Assembly (NCBI GenBank): GCA_965279035.1
Contig: OZ257142.1
Location: forward strand, 2,464,001 to 2,528,000
DNA from: Bacteroidia bacterium
GTDB lineage: Bacteria > Bacteroidota > Bacteroidia > M30B66
Reading direction: 5' to 3'
Length of the DNA: 64,000 bases
Position 1 is the stretch's first letter. Each line of letters starts with the position of its first letter. The notes beneath the pieces are model-generated. The model saw only the letters and a program-made list of their open reading frames with translations, did no database searches and had not been told where the DNA came from. The translations under genes and the position numbers were made by a program. This document shows positions 9,278 to 19,407 of the stretch, one piece after another.

Positions 9278-11062
9278 GTGACTCAACTGCTTAGTAAATC
9301 TGATTTTAAAGTTGCCCGCTCCTGTATGGTTAAACTTCTATACAAGAAAAAGGGCTTTCCATCGGAGAAAGATCGAAATCGTTTTTTGTCACTATTGGCA
9401 GATGCAGGAATGATGATTCATTCGATGGCTCGACTGTATTATCCAACCGGAATTTTTCCTCCTGATAATACAGATGAATTGGTTTGGCTTCAATCGCAAA
9501 TGAAGTGTGAAATGGTGACTTTGTTTGAAGCAAGTTTCGAAACACATAGTCGACATATACGTGTTGATATTCTAGAAAAAAAAGGAAATAAACTAGAAAT
9601 CGTTGAAATTAAATCGCGCGGGATTGATGTAGAAGAAATGAATGGAAATCCTCATCGAAGAAAGCGTGCAATATCGAAAATCAGAGAACTTATCGTTGAT
9701 CTTGCATTCCAGAAGTTAGTTATTGCTCAGCTTTATCCCGAATGTGATATTTCTTGCTCCTTAATTCTCCCAGATAAAAATCGAGTAAATCCTATTGATC
9801 GATTAGCCGATCGTTTTAAGATGGAACGAAGCATCGATTCTCAAGGACGAATAAAAATCGATGCAATTTATTCGGGAAATCCTCAAGAAGTAAAGGATGC
9901 AAATCTTTTGGTCAAAGTAAATGTGAGTGAAGAAGTGAATGCCGTATTACATGAAGTAGAAGCAGAAGCGATGAAACTAGAAATATTGCTGCATCAACCA
10001 GAATTAATTGAACCAGAAATCGGTTGTCATTGTCGCGATTGTGAATTTACTCTTGTTAACGAATCTTATTCTAAGAGCGGCTTTGAAACCTGTTGGAAGA
10101 CACATGCACACACCCAACCTCATATATTAGATTTGGGCCAATTGGGGAATGTGAATAGTGATGGACGAGTTGACGATTTAATAGCGCAGGGTTTTTCATC
10201 GTTAAATGAAGTTCCAGAGAAATGGTTAGAAGGAAAATGGGGCAATCGTCCTTGGTTGCAAAGAACACAAATGAAAGCCATGATGTTTTCTGGTTTTCAC
10301 AAAGCCGTTTCTGACATCATTTACCCCATCTTCTTTATTGATTTCGAAACAATTCAGCCTTCAATTCCACAATACAAAGGGATGAAGCCTTATCAGAAAA
10401 TTCTTTTTCAATGGAGTTGTCATCGTATGGATTCTCCTAATTCAGAACCTGTCCACTTCCATTGGCTTCATGACACCAAAGAAAAACCGAATCCAATTTT
10501 TCTCGCCGAATTAATCAAGATACTTGGAAATAAAGGAACAATAATGACCTGGAGTGCCTATGAACAAGGTGTTTTGAATGCGCTCAAAATGGAAGCAGAA
10601 ACAACCGCAATTCAACGTGATTGGATCCAAAAAGCAGTGCATCGAATCAGCGATATGAATCAATTGGCCATGAAATATTATTTCCATCCACAAACAGGCG
10701 GTCGGACATCAATTAAAGTAACATTGCCTGCTATCCTTCAACATCCAAATTCAGATAGAACATTTAAATGGTTAAAAGATCTAGGTGTTTTTGAATTAGA
10801 TGAACAAGGAACTATTATAAATCCATATAAATTGCTTCCAACAATTAATCTTCCCGGAATTGAAGGAAGTGTAAATGACGGATCAGCAGCTATGATAGCC
10901 TATCATTATTTACAACTCAGTTTGAATGATTCTCATCAAAAAGAATTTCAAGCATATCGATCCTCATTGCTTCAATACTGCGAATTGGATACACTTGCCA
11001 TGCTCATTATTTTTGAAGAATGGCTCTTGATGGAAGAAAGCGAAATGCCTCATTCAAATTAA
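9278..11062 (+). CDS. DUF2779 domain-containing nuclease (PD-(D/E)xK plus DEDD/RNase H-like)
   Basis: LSKSDF...C, RVDIL...IVEIKS, DLAFQ, CHCRDC, FIDFET, FQWSCH, SIKVTLP, YCELDT. Confidence 0.82.
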   Translation: MTQLLSKSDFKVARSCMVKLLYKKKGFPSEKDRNRFLSLLADAGMMIHSMARLYYPTGIFPPDNTDELVWLQSQMKCEMVTLFEASFETHSRHIRVDILEKKGNKLEIVEIKSRGIDVEEMNGNPHRRKRAISKIRELIVDLAFQKLVIAQLYPECDISCSLILPDKNRVNPIDRLADRFKMERSIDSQGRIKIDAIYSGNPQEVKDANLLVKVNVSEEVNAVLHEVEAEAMKLEILLHQPELIEPEIGCHCRDCEFTLVNESYSKSGFETCWKTHAHTQPHILDLGQLGNVNSDGRVDDLIAQGFSSLNEVPEKWLEGKWGNRPWLQRTQMKAMMFSGFHKAVSDIIYPIFFIDFETIQPSIPQYKGMKPYQKILFQWSCHRMDSPNSEPVHFHWLHDTKEKPNPIFLAELIKILGNKGTIMTWSAYEQGVLNALKMEAETTAIQRDWIQKAVHRISDMNQLAMKYYFHPQTGGRTSIKVTLPAILQHPNSDRTFKWLKDLGVFELDEQGTIINPYKLLPTINLPGIEGSVNDGSAAMIAYHYLQLSLNDSHQKEFQAYRSSLLQYCELDTLAMLIIFEEWLLMEESEMPHSN

Positions 11063-12345
11063 GCATCAGCACCAGCCGATGGATTAGGTTTGCTTGATCT
11101 GAATCGATCTTTCAGTTTCAAAAAAGGAGATTCGAAAAAGCGATAACTGATTTTTGAGAATGCAATGGTGCCAAATAAACACAGTAAAATTTGGGAAAGA
11201 AATACCCAAGGACTATCTACTGCCGGCTGCAATCCGAGTGTTTTAAATAGATAGAAGATTAGCCAAATCATGACTAAATGCCAGAGGTACAAACCGTAAG
11301 AAAGTTTACCCCAGGAGGATAGAATTTTGATTTTACCAAATTTGAAAAATGATTCTTCGGAATACTCCTGTTCTCCAATGATGAAAGCGAAAATGACTGA
11401 AAAAATTGCTGGTTCAATGGCTTGTACCCAATTCATGATTGGATAGAATTGAAAACTGTATGTCCGATCACGAATGATTATGAGTACAATGGCAGCTATG
11501 TATGGAAGTACAATTGATTTGCGTGGTAATGTTCTGAAGTAATTTCGGAGTTTGTCGGAATAAAATAAGCCATAAGCCAATAAAGCTCCCATGGTGATAT
11601 CCGATAAAATACTGAGTGTATGGAAACGAGTAACTAATACAGCGTGATTCCTGATTTCATTAAAGCGAGTAACAATTTCGGCTGGATGAGGATAGGAAGG
11701 ATCGCCTAATTTGTATGTATTGAAAAGATAAACAATTTCATTCCATTGATAAAAGCGAAAAGCAGCTGTAAAAATTAAAACACCAAATAAGGAGTAGATT
11801 AAAAATTTCCGTGGAACTAAAGCAATTAATAAAGGCCAGAAAATATAGAATTGTTCTTCAACCGAAATTGACCAAAGTACTGCCAATACTGGACTTGGAT
11901 AACCATTCATCGTGATATCGAAATTCACGAGGAAGCTTAAATAATATCCAATTCGATCATAAGGAATAAATGAATAAATAGCAGGAAATGGATTTGATTC
12001 AGGATGAATTTTTAGTAATCCAGGAAGCACTACAAATCCAACAAAAACTAAAACAAAATAGAGTGGCCAAATACGCAAAAAGCGTCTTGCATAAAATCCT
12101 CCAATATTTATTTTTCCAATGTCCTCGCGCTCTTGAAGCAATAAATTGGTAATTAAAAACCCACTTAAAGTGAAGAAGAAATTCACCCCTAAATCTCCAT
12201 TTTGAGCCAAAGACTCTTCAATCCAACGATACCAAGTAGATCCATTATAATACAAACCAAAACTGGTCATATGTAAACAGAATACCGAAAAGAAAGCAAA
12301 AAATCGTAGTGTATCAAGATGTTCGAAGTATCGTAATGGACGCAT
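11059..12345 (-). CDS. Acyltransferase family 3 (OafA-like) O-acyltransferase
   Basis: LDTLRFFA, GVNFFFTLSGFLI, RRFLRIWP, WSISVEEQFY, SYGLYLWH. Start placed downstream of the terminator at 12427-12448. Confidence 0.92.
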   Translation of the reverse strand: MRPLRYFEHLDTLRFFAFFSVFCLHMTSFGLYYNGSTWYRWIEESLAQNGDLGVNFFFTLSGFLITNLLLQEREDIGKINIGGFYARRFLRIWPLYFVLVFVGFVVLPGLLKIHPESNPFPAIYSFIPYDRIGYYLSFLVNFDITMNGYPSPVLAVLWSISVEEQFYIFWPLLIALVPRKFLIYSLFGVLIFTAAFRFYQWNEIVYLFNTYKLGDPSYPHPAEIVTRFNEIRNHAVLVTRFHTLSILSDITMGALLAYGLFYSDKLRNYFRTLPRKSIVLPYIAAIVLIIIRDRTYSFQFYPIMNWVQAIEPAIFSVIFAFIIGEQEYSEESFFKFGKIKILSSWGKLSYGLYLWHLVMIWLIFYLFKTLGLQPAVDSPWVFLSQILLCLFGTIAFSKISYRFFESPFLKLKDRFRSSKPNPSAGADA

Positions 12346-12426
12346 GATTTCGAATATTAGTGCTGGATTTAATTCGGAGATTTTGAGCGAATATATTATT
12401 TCTCGTAAAGGAAATCTGTTTAAAAT

Positions 12427-12448
12427 AAAAAAGGAGCCCGAAAGCTCC
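12427..12448 (-). terminator. Intrinsic terminator
   Basis: Minus strand GGAGCT-TTCG-GGCTCC-TTTTTT directly after the protease stop codon. Confidence 0.8.
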
Positions 12449-12453
12449 AATTA

Positions 12454-14685
12454 TCAATCATGTTGAACAATAATTCGTTTAGATAAAACACGCGATTTAC
12501 TTTGTGTTTGCAACAAATAAACTCCATTTGCCCAAGTCGATACATCTAGTATTGTTTGAGATTGATTCAATTTCCCTTTCCATATCTGGCTTCCATCAAT
12601 CGAATAAATCGTCAACAAAGGATTTTCTTCCAACCATGCATTCGAGATTATGAGTGAAACCTTGTCTTGAATTGGATTAGGAAATATCTGTACTAGAAAT
12701 TCTTCGGGTAATAAATCTAAACTTGTTGGTCCAACACAAAATGTTAGTGAGTCGGAGAAATTGAAACTTCCACCGGTTCCAATTGAAATACCCAAGGTAT
12801 CGAAAACGGTATAAGAACCATTGCCGCTACTACCACAACAAATCCCATCACCATAACCATCATGCATTCTCAATACATAACATCCGTTTGCCAAACACAA
12901 ATTAACATTTGTTGTTCCTAGAGTCACAGAACCAAGCGACTCTTGTGCAATGACTTGATTTGTTGTTTTATTAATTATTTCCCAAGAAGTTTCTTCTGGA
13001 TAATCATCAGAAATTAATTCAAAACGATATCCCGCCCCTACTTTATTATTTACAGTCATGCTCAATGAATTGTTCCACGTTTGATCATCGGCTATTCCAT
13101 TAGCTAAATTGACTGCTACATCGAATTGTTGACCAGCACCACTATTCATTAAAATGCTTGGAAGAGTTACATCTACGACTTGATTATAGGCCATACTTCC
13201 ACTCCAATTAAAGGTTTGAAGAGATCCTCCCGCAAATTGATAATTGAGTGTAAAGCTTGTCAACGTGGTTAAACCACTATTGCGAACACGCACCACTGGT
13301 ACAAATGAACTTTCATTACAATACTCAGCAACAGGAGAAAGAATGCTTTGTAAACGTGCATCCAACGCAAAGGCCGGAACACTTGCTTCCATTCCACTTA
13401 CAGTCATTGAATCTGTGTTATTTGGATCGAGCCAATCTTTTAATCGCACATTGGCACTAGCTCCATCCCATGAGGTAACAAATCTTCCGAAATTATCATT
13501 TACATTATTACTGCATGTTGCATCACCACCGAAAAGTTGCCCAATAATTTGGTGATTTTCATTATACAAAGGAGATCCAGAAGAACCTGGTTCAGTTGTT
13601 CCGTCTTCCCAATCTGGAATGTTCCAACAATCTGCGTTACTCCAAGTATTTATTCCTGTAACACCTGTATTAAATGATATTTTCTCTACATCACCATCGG
13701 GATGATGAATACATATTGCTTGAGCTGGAGGCGTGTTTTGACGTGACCAGCCAGATAAATACGCCGAATATTCAGCTGGTATTTCAGAAGTTAATTCAAC
13801 CAAACAAAAATCAGAGCCTGCATTGTTTGCTCTTCGGATGCAACCTTGAACAACATCGGTTGTTGGGCCATCGGTTGTTGGGGAGCATGTAGGACTTTTA
13901 TAATTGAACAAGAATATATCTGTATTTCCTGGATCACAATGGTTGGCAGTTAATATATACGGAGTGCCATCGTGAAGTGTATTGTCTACGGCAGCTCCTG
14001 AACAATAGCGTGAATTATTGGATGTTAATAAGACAACACTTGAACGGATTTGATTCGCCCAAGCATCGCCTTCGGGACAAACCACATTGTTATTACATGA
14101 ACCAGAAGTATTGAAGTCTTTGAGCGATTTAGCAAAATCACGATATCCATGAATGATGTAACTCAGGTGTAGTTTTCCTTGTCCTACAACTGAAGCTGGC
14201 TCGCTGTATTCAATCACTACTTGATCACCTCGAACAGGAAGTGTTGCAAAATTGCCAAGAACATTTTCGTTTGCTTCTGAAAATGCACCTCGAACTTGAG
14301 ATCCATCAATCGAATAAACAAACAACTTGGCTCCCGAAGGAACGTCGTATTGATCGAAAATGAAGTTGATGTTTGTTGCTCCGTTTGATTTAATCAACAA
14401 TTGCCAAACATGAGTTCCATTGGGCAAAACAGTTGAAGAACCATGTGTTAAAGGAGAAATATCTACAGGAACATCTTTCCCAAAACGAAGCGACTTTTCC
14501 CCTTGAGATTGGAGTAAAGCGTCTTCTTCTAATAAGATTGAATTTTGAATGGGAGATAATTTAAAAACAGCTGGAGCAGGTATATTTTGCTTACCTAATC
14601 CAAACGGCTTTCCGCCTAATTGAGGTTGGGCAACTGCTATTAAAGCAATGCTCAAACCCAGAAATGTTGAGTAGATTTTTTTCAT
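12454..14685 (-). CDS. Lysyl endopeptidase-like (trypsin-fold) serine protease with T9SS type A CTD
   Basis: LTANHC, SDFCLVEL, IHHPDGDVEK, GTTEPGSSGSPL, C-terminal IFPNP...GVYLL. Confidence 0.9.
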   Translation of the reverse strand: MKKIYSTFLGLSIALIAVAQPQLGGKPFGLGKQNIPAPAVFKLSPIQNSILLEEDALLQSQGEKSLRFGKDVPVDISPLTHGSSTVLPNGTHVWQLLIKSNGATNINFIFDQYDVPSGAKLFVYSIDGSQVRGAFSEANENVLGNFATLPVRGDQVVIEYSEPASVVGQGKLHLSYIIHGYRDFAKSLKDFNTSGSCNNNVVCPEGDAWANQIRSSVVLLTSNNSRYCSGAAVDNTLHDGTPYILTANHCDPGNTDIFLFNYKSPTCSPTTDGPTTDVVQGCIRRANNAGSDFCLVELTSEIPAEYSAYLSGWSRQNTPPAQAICIHHPDGDVEKISFNTGVTGINTWSNADCWNIPDWEDGTTEPGSSGSPLYNENHQIIGQLFGGDATCSNNVNDNFGRFVTSWDGASANVRLKDWLDPNNTDSMTVSGMEASVPAFALDARLQSILSPVAEYCNESSFVPVVRVRNSGLTTLTSFTLNYQFAGGSLQTFNWSGSMAYNQVVDVTLPSILMNSGAGQQFDVAVNLANGIADDQTWNNSLSMTVNNKVGAGYRFELISDDYPEETSWEIINKTTNQVIAQESLGSVTLGTTNVNLCLANGCYVLRMHDGYGDGICCGSSGNGSYTVFDTLGISIGTGGSFNFSDSLTFCVGPTSLDLLPEEFLVQIFPNPIQDKVSLIISNAWLEENPLLTIYSIDGSQIWKGKLNQSQTILDVSTWANGVYLLQTQSKSRVLSKRIIVQHD

Positions 14686-14769
14686 TTGGTTGAGATGGTT
14701 ATTGCAAATATAGATTCTCTCACCTTAAATTCTATGTACTGACATTAAAATGAGTTGAAACACGAGATT

Positions 14770-15558
14770 TCAATCATCAAATTCTTCTGCTAAAATCTCT
14801 CTTAATTGTTTTGGGGTGATGTTGGTTTTTAATGCTCCATTACGTGCAATTGAGATTTCGCCCGTTTGTTCCGAAACAGCTATAGATATGGCATCCGATT
14901 GTTCGGAAATTCCAACAGCTGCACGATGTCTTAATCCTAATTGAAATGGAAAGACTGTATTTTCAGTCAATGGCAATACACATTTTGCAGCCTTTACACG
15001 ATTATTCGAAATAATAACAGCACCATCATGCAAAGGATTATTCTTGAAAAAGATCGACTCCAATATGTTCGCAGTTATCTCGGAATCAAGACGTTCTCCA
15101 GTATTTGCATAATACTTCAAATCCGATTTACGACTAATCACAATCAATGCTCCGGTATGCTGCAATGCCATCTTCTGACAAGCTGTTACAATTGATTCGT
15201 AGTTTAAGCTACCATATGCTGCTGAATTCAATCCTGAAAAGCCTTTAAAGTTTTCTTTGTTGAAGATTCCGCGAGAACCAACCATCAATAAAAACCGACG
15301 AAGTTCCTGTTGAAATACAATAATGAGTGCTATGACTCCAACTCCAATAAATTGTCCGAGGATTGTTGCTAGTAGCTGCATATTGAGCGCTTTAACAAGC
15401 AACCAAAGCAGATAAAATAAAAGAATTCCAAAGAAAATGCTAACAGCACTTGTCCCTCTTACTAAACTATACAATTGATAGAGTAAAATGGCTACAATGA
15501 CGATATCCACAATATCGAGCCAGCGTAGAGTAATAAAAAAGGAAATCAGCAATTGCAT
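14770..15558 (-). CDS. cdaA: Diadenylate cyclase
   Basis: Three TM helices, FQQELRR, PLHDGA, GLRHRAA, VSEQTG. Confidence 0.93.
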   Translation of the reverse strand: MQLLISFFITLRWLDIVDIVIVAILLYQLYSLVRGTSAVSIFFGILLFYLLWLLVKALNMQLLATILGQFIGVGVIALIIVFQQELRRFLLMVGSRGIFNKENFKGFSGLNSAAYGSLNYESIVTACQKMALQHTGALIVISRKSDLKYYANTGERLDSEITANILESIFFKNNPLHDGAVIISNNRVKAAKCVLPLTENTVFPFQLGLRHRAAVGISEQSDAISIAVSEQTGEISIARNGALKTNITPKQLREILAEEFDD

Positions 15559-15599
15559 GAGGACAAATGTAAGGAAGCTCGCTTAGCCCGCGTACTCTA

Positions 15600-16475
15600 T
15601 TATTTGACAGAACGAATCATTTCCAAAATCCGAATAGCTTCAACAGCAGGTTTTACATCATGAACACGAAGAATTTGTGCACCTTTTTGAAGAGCTATGG
15701 TATGTAAAACGGTTGATCCATTTAAGGCTTCATCTGCTTTAACATTGAATAAACGTGTAACCATTGACTTTCTGGAAACACCAACTAATAAAGGAACCTT
15801 AAGCTTATGAAATACATCCAATTTATTCAATAACTGATAATTATGCTCTAAGTTTTTCCCAAATCCAAACCCAGGATCAACAATAACATCCTCTACTCCT
15901 ATTTGCCTAAGTGTTTCCAAGCTTTGAAGTAATTCGTGAAAGACCTCATAAACGACATCTTTATATGTTGGATTTTGTTGCATAGAATCAGGACGACCTT
16001 GCATATGCATGAGAATATAGGGAACTTTCAATTCAGCAATCGTCGAAAACATAGCTGTATCAATCTTTCCAGCCGAAATATCATTGATTAAATCTGCACC
16101 CGATTCAACTGCCCAACGTGCCACTTGAGCATGGTAGGTATCTACTGAAATAATACTTGTAGGAAACTCCTTTCGCACAGCCGTAATAGCAGGTTGCAAA
16201 CGTTTCCACTCATCATCTGCCTCAGAAATTAAAGCACCCGGCCGACTTGAACTCGCGCCTAAATCTAAAAACTGAGCTCCTTCTTGTATGTGACGACTGG
16301 CTAATTGAAGTAAACTCGCATCTGAAACACGACTTCCGGCAAAAAAGGAGTCATCGTTAATATTAATTATGCCCATAACACAGGGCTTATCGAAGGAAAA
16401 TGGCTTTCCTTGAATCCGAATGCTGTGGATTTCGGGGGATGATGTTAATTTCGTGCCCTTGATTCTAGTTTCCAT
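15600..16475 (-). CDS. folP: Dihydropteroate synthase (start uncertain)
   Basis: MGIININDDSF, SSRPG, DPGFGFGK, GVSRKS, LRVHDV. Confidence 0.95.
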   Translation of the reverse strand: METRIKGTKLTSSPEIHSIRIQGKPFSFDKPCVMGIININDDSFFAGSRVSDASLLQLASRHIQEGAQFLDLGASSSRPGALISEADDEWKRLQPAITAVRKEFPTSIISVDTYHAQVARWAVESGADLINDISAGKIDTAMFSTIAELKVPYILMHMQGRPDSMQQNPTYKDVVYEVFHELLQSLETLRQIGVEDVIVDPGFGFGKNLEHNYQLLNKLDVFHKLKVPLLVGVSRKSMVTRLFNVKADEALNGSTVLHTIALQKGAQILRVHDVKPAVEAIRILEMIRSVK

Positions 16476-17019
16476 GCAACAAACATCGGCACAATTCGAC
16501 GCAGTCATTCAACGATGCAAAGATATTTTTCTCAAAAAGAACACCGATTACGGTACTTCTTGGCGGATTTTTCGGATTTCATCAATAACTGATCAGCTTT
16601 TCATCAAAGCAAGTCGCATTAGAGGTATCGAAACCAAAGGAATGCACCTCGTGGAAGAAGGCATTGAACCTGAGTTTGTTGGAATCGTGAATTACTCTTT
16701 GATGGGATTGATTCAAATGAAATTAGGTTCAAATACAGAATTGGAATTAAGCAGAGAACGTTCTGAACAACTTTATGATCAAACGGTAGCTGAAGTAAAA
16801 GCTCTTATGATGCAGAAAAACCATGATTATGGTGAAGCTTGGCGCGATATGCGGGTTAGTTCTTTTACTGATATGATCCTAGTTCGACTCATGCGTATTA
16901 AACAAATGGAAGATAATCAAGGTGCTACACTTATTTCTGAAGGCATTGATGCCAATTACATGGACATGATCAATTACGCTATTTTTGCACTCATTAAAAT
17001 CTCAGAAAACGAGGCGTGA
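16474..17019 (+). CDS. DUF1599 domain protein (two tandem copies)
   Basis: KNTDYGTSWR and KNHDYGEAWR; conserved neighbour of folP and DoxX. Confidence 0.85.
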   Translation: MQQTSAQFDAVIQRCKDIFLKKNTDYGTSWRIFRISSITDQLFIKASRIRGIETKGMHLVEEGIEPEFVGIVNYSLMGLIQMKLGSNTELELSRERSEQLYDQTVAEVKALMMQKNHDYGEAWRDMRVSSFTDMILVRLMRIKQMEDNQGATLISEGIDANYMDMINYAIFALIKISENEA

Positions 17020-17065
17020 TATTTGCCAATCTGCGCCGCTTTTTTAAAAAATTACGAATTCTAGT

Positions 17066-18205
17066 ATGAAGTACCTCGTTCATCTTTGTCGCACACTTGT
17101 TGGCGTTCTTTTCATAATTTCTGGCTTAATCAAATCGAACGATACCATTGGTTTCGCCTATAAACTCGAAGAATATTACCAAGTTTTTGGTACAGAGTTT
17201 TTGATTTCATCGGCTGTATATCAAGCAATGGCTATTTGCATTGTTGAAGTAGTTTTAGGTGTCATGTTATTATTAGGATACCGTAAAAAACTCACTCTGT
17301 TTCTCTTAATGGCAATGATTGTGTTTTTCACTTTCCTAACATTTTACTCAGCCTACTTCAACAAAGTAACCGATTGCGGATGTTTTGGAGATGCGCTTCA
17401 CCTTACTCCTTGGCAATCTTTCGGAAAAGATGTTGCTCTTTTGATTTTGATATCAGTCCTTGTTGTTGGCAGCAAACACATTCAACAATTATTCAGCAAT
17501 AAAGTAACACTCGGCATTCTCTCAATTGCCTTGATTCTCAATATTGCATTCCCAATTTATACATACAATTATTTACCGGTGAAGGATTTCCGTCCTTATG
17601 CTATTGGCAACGATATCATTGAACAAATGAATGGTGGTCGCCCCGGGAAATTCGATACACGTTTTGTTTATAAAAATCTTCAAACCGGAAAGGATGAAGA
17701 AATGGCTAAACCGCCTTATACTGATACGATTAACTGGGAAATCGATACGTTAAAATGGAAGTTTGTCGATACAAAACAAATAGTTCTCGATCCAGGTGAG
17801 CAAGCTCCAATTCACGATTTCAGTATTAGCAGTGTCGAAGGTTCAGAATTCACTGATGATTTCTTAAAACACGACAGTCTGCATTTCTTCCTTGTTAGTT
17901 ATGATTTAACAAAAGCAGATCGAGGCGTACAACCTCAAATTAATGCATTCGCGCAAGCTTGTGAGAAAAACGGAATTCCATTCATCGGCTTATCTTCTAG
18001 CACACCTGAAGCAATCGACGAATTCCGCCACGAAGTACAAGCTCCTTACGATTACTACATTACCGACGCCACCCAACTAAAAACCATGATCCGCTCCAAT
18101 CCAGGACTCATGTTACTAAAAGGCTCTAAAGTCCTTGACATGTGGCATTATCACAGCTTTCCAAGCTTTGAAGATTTTAGAAAGAAATATCCTTCAAATA
18201 AGTGA
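17066..18205 (+). CDS. DoxX family (BT_3928-like) membrane protein
   Basis: FIISGLIK.ND..GF..KL.EY, DCGCFGDA, RSNPGL. Confidence 0.88.
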   Translation: MKYLVHLCRTLVGVLFIISGLIKSNDTIGFAYKLEEYYQVFGTEFLISSAVYQAMAICIVEVVLGVMLLLGYRKKLTLFLLMAMIVFFTFLTFYSAYFNKVTDCGCFGDALHLTPWQSFGKDVALLILISVLVVGSKHIQQLFSNKVTLGILSIALILNIAFPIYTYNYLPVKDFRPYAIGNDIIEQMNGGRPGKFDTRFVYKNLQTGKDEEMAKPPYTDTINWEIDTLKWKFVDTKQIVLDPGEQAPIHDFSISSVEGSEFTDDFLKHDSLHFFLVSYDLTKADRGVQPQINAFAQACEKNGIPFIGLSSSTPEAIDEFRHEVQAPYDYYITDATQLKTMIRSNPGLMLLKGSKVLDMWHYHSFPSFEDFRKKYPSNK

Positions 18206-18230
18206 TGTGTATTCTAGGACTTATGCAAGT

Positions 18231-19211
18231 CTATGCAGCGTATTTTTTTAGATCAACATAGGGTGTTTTTCTTTTTACGACAGCAAATACTCTTGATACA
18301 AGTTTGTTTTTGACTGCATTGAGTGCACAATTATAATGTTTTCCTTCCTGGATTTTACGCTCCATATATTCTCTCATTTCGGTGTTATTTAATACTGCCG
18401 AACGCGCCGCCATTGTTAATACTCCATTGATTTTTCGATTTGATCTTCTATCGGTTTGTGTTTTCCCTTTTATGGATGTTCCTGATGATTTTTCGAATGG
18501 AGCTATTCCACTATAACATGCATATTGACGAGCATTGTCGAAGTATTCAAAGCCATTTGTTGTGGCGATTAAATACCAACTCGACACTGGTCCAACTCCT
18601 TTTATAGATTGAACTAATTCGTCGATTTGACGAAGATTATCATCTGACTTTATCAATGATTTGATTTCCTCTTCTACCAGTTTAAGTTTATCGTTAAAGG
18701 TCTTTAACAGATCCGTTTCGATTTGAAAAACTATATCTACACCAGTGGTTTTTGATGAGTTCTTAAGTCTGTTTTTGATGCCTATCTTCTCTTTTTCCAG
18801 ATGCGAACGCATACTCAAGAGCTTTCTCAGCTGCGCTACAGCACTCTTTGATAGTACCGTTGGGCTAAGCTGTTCTGCATGTAATGCAATGAAATTTGCG
18901 ATTCTTTGGGAGTCTATCTTATCATTTTTGCCTCGCTGAAGTCCAATAGAATACTTAATGTTTAAGGAGGATTCCATGTAAAAACAGATCTTCTTTTCAC
19001 TCAAAAACACAGATAAATCCTCGCTATAAATACCCGTATGCTCAAAGCAAATGGCCATCGATTTTACACTCACTTTCAACTGCTTTAACCAAGCAAGCAT
19101 CAGTGTATAACCATCGATATCATTGCTAAAGACGTTGTGCTGAGATTGATTATGTAAATAAACATCCAGCGTTAATTTTGACACATCAATGCCAATAAAG
19201 TTCTTCTTCAT
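18231..19211 (-). CDS. IS110 family DEDD recombinase/transposase
   Basis: FIGIDVSK, CFEHTG, KNDKID (DEDD tetrad), SIKGVGPVS, YSGIAP...SSG, NAVKNKL. Confidence 0.95.
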   Translation of the reverse strand: MKKNFIGIDVSKLTLDVYLHNQSQHNVFSNDIDGYTLMLAWLKQLKVSVKSMAICFEHTGIYSEDLSVFLSEKKICFYMESSLNIKYSIGLQRGKNDKIDSQRIANFIALHAEQLSPTVLSKSAVAQLRKLLSMRSHLEKEKIGIKNRLKNSSKTTGVDIVFQIETDLLKTFNDKLKLVEEEIKSLIKSDDNLRQIDELVQSIKGVGPVSSWYLIATTNGFEYFDNARQYACYSGIAPFEKSSGTSIKGKTQTDRRSNRKINGVLTMAARSAVLNNTEMREYMERKIQEGKHYNCALNAVKNKLVSRVFAVVKRKTPYVDLKKYAA

Positions 19212-19224
19212 ACTTTTGTTTTTA

Positions 19225-19407
19225 AGTGTTGCTCTTGGCTAAAACCTTTAATAGATCTCGAAGTCTAAAATTCTAGCTGGCCATTAACAACATGGTTAAA
19301 GGAAACGGGGACTCATACACACCTTAGGGATTTAAAGACCTAGCTGATGAGATAGTTCACCCCGTTTCTTTGTTTATTTTCAGTCAAGATATCTCAACTA
19401 AAATAAT
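19225..19407 (-). ncRNA. Putative IS110 bridge RNA (target-binding and donor-binding loops); ends approximate
   Basis: Stem 19298-19310/19360-19371 encloses target-matching segments at 19343-19349 and 19318-19321. A second loop holds donor-matching segments at 19270-19276 and 19244-19250. Confidence 0.75.

Noticed and set aside
9278-11062. Calling the DUF2779 protein Cas4 of a CRISPR system
   Set aside because: No cas1/cas2 or genuine array nearby, and the domain fusion differs from Cas4.
14770-15558. Diadenylate cyclase as an anti-phage signalling enzyme
   Set aside because: Standard membrane CdaA in its usual position next to folP, with no effector gene.
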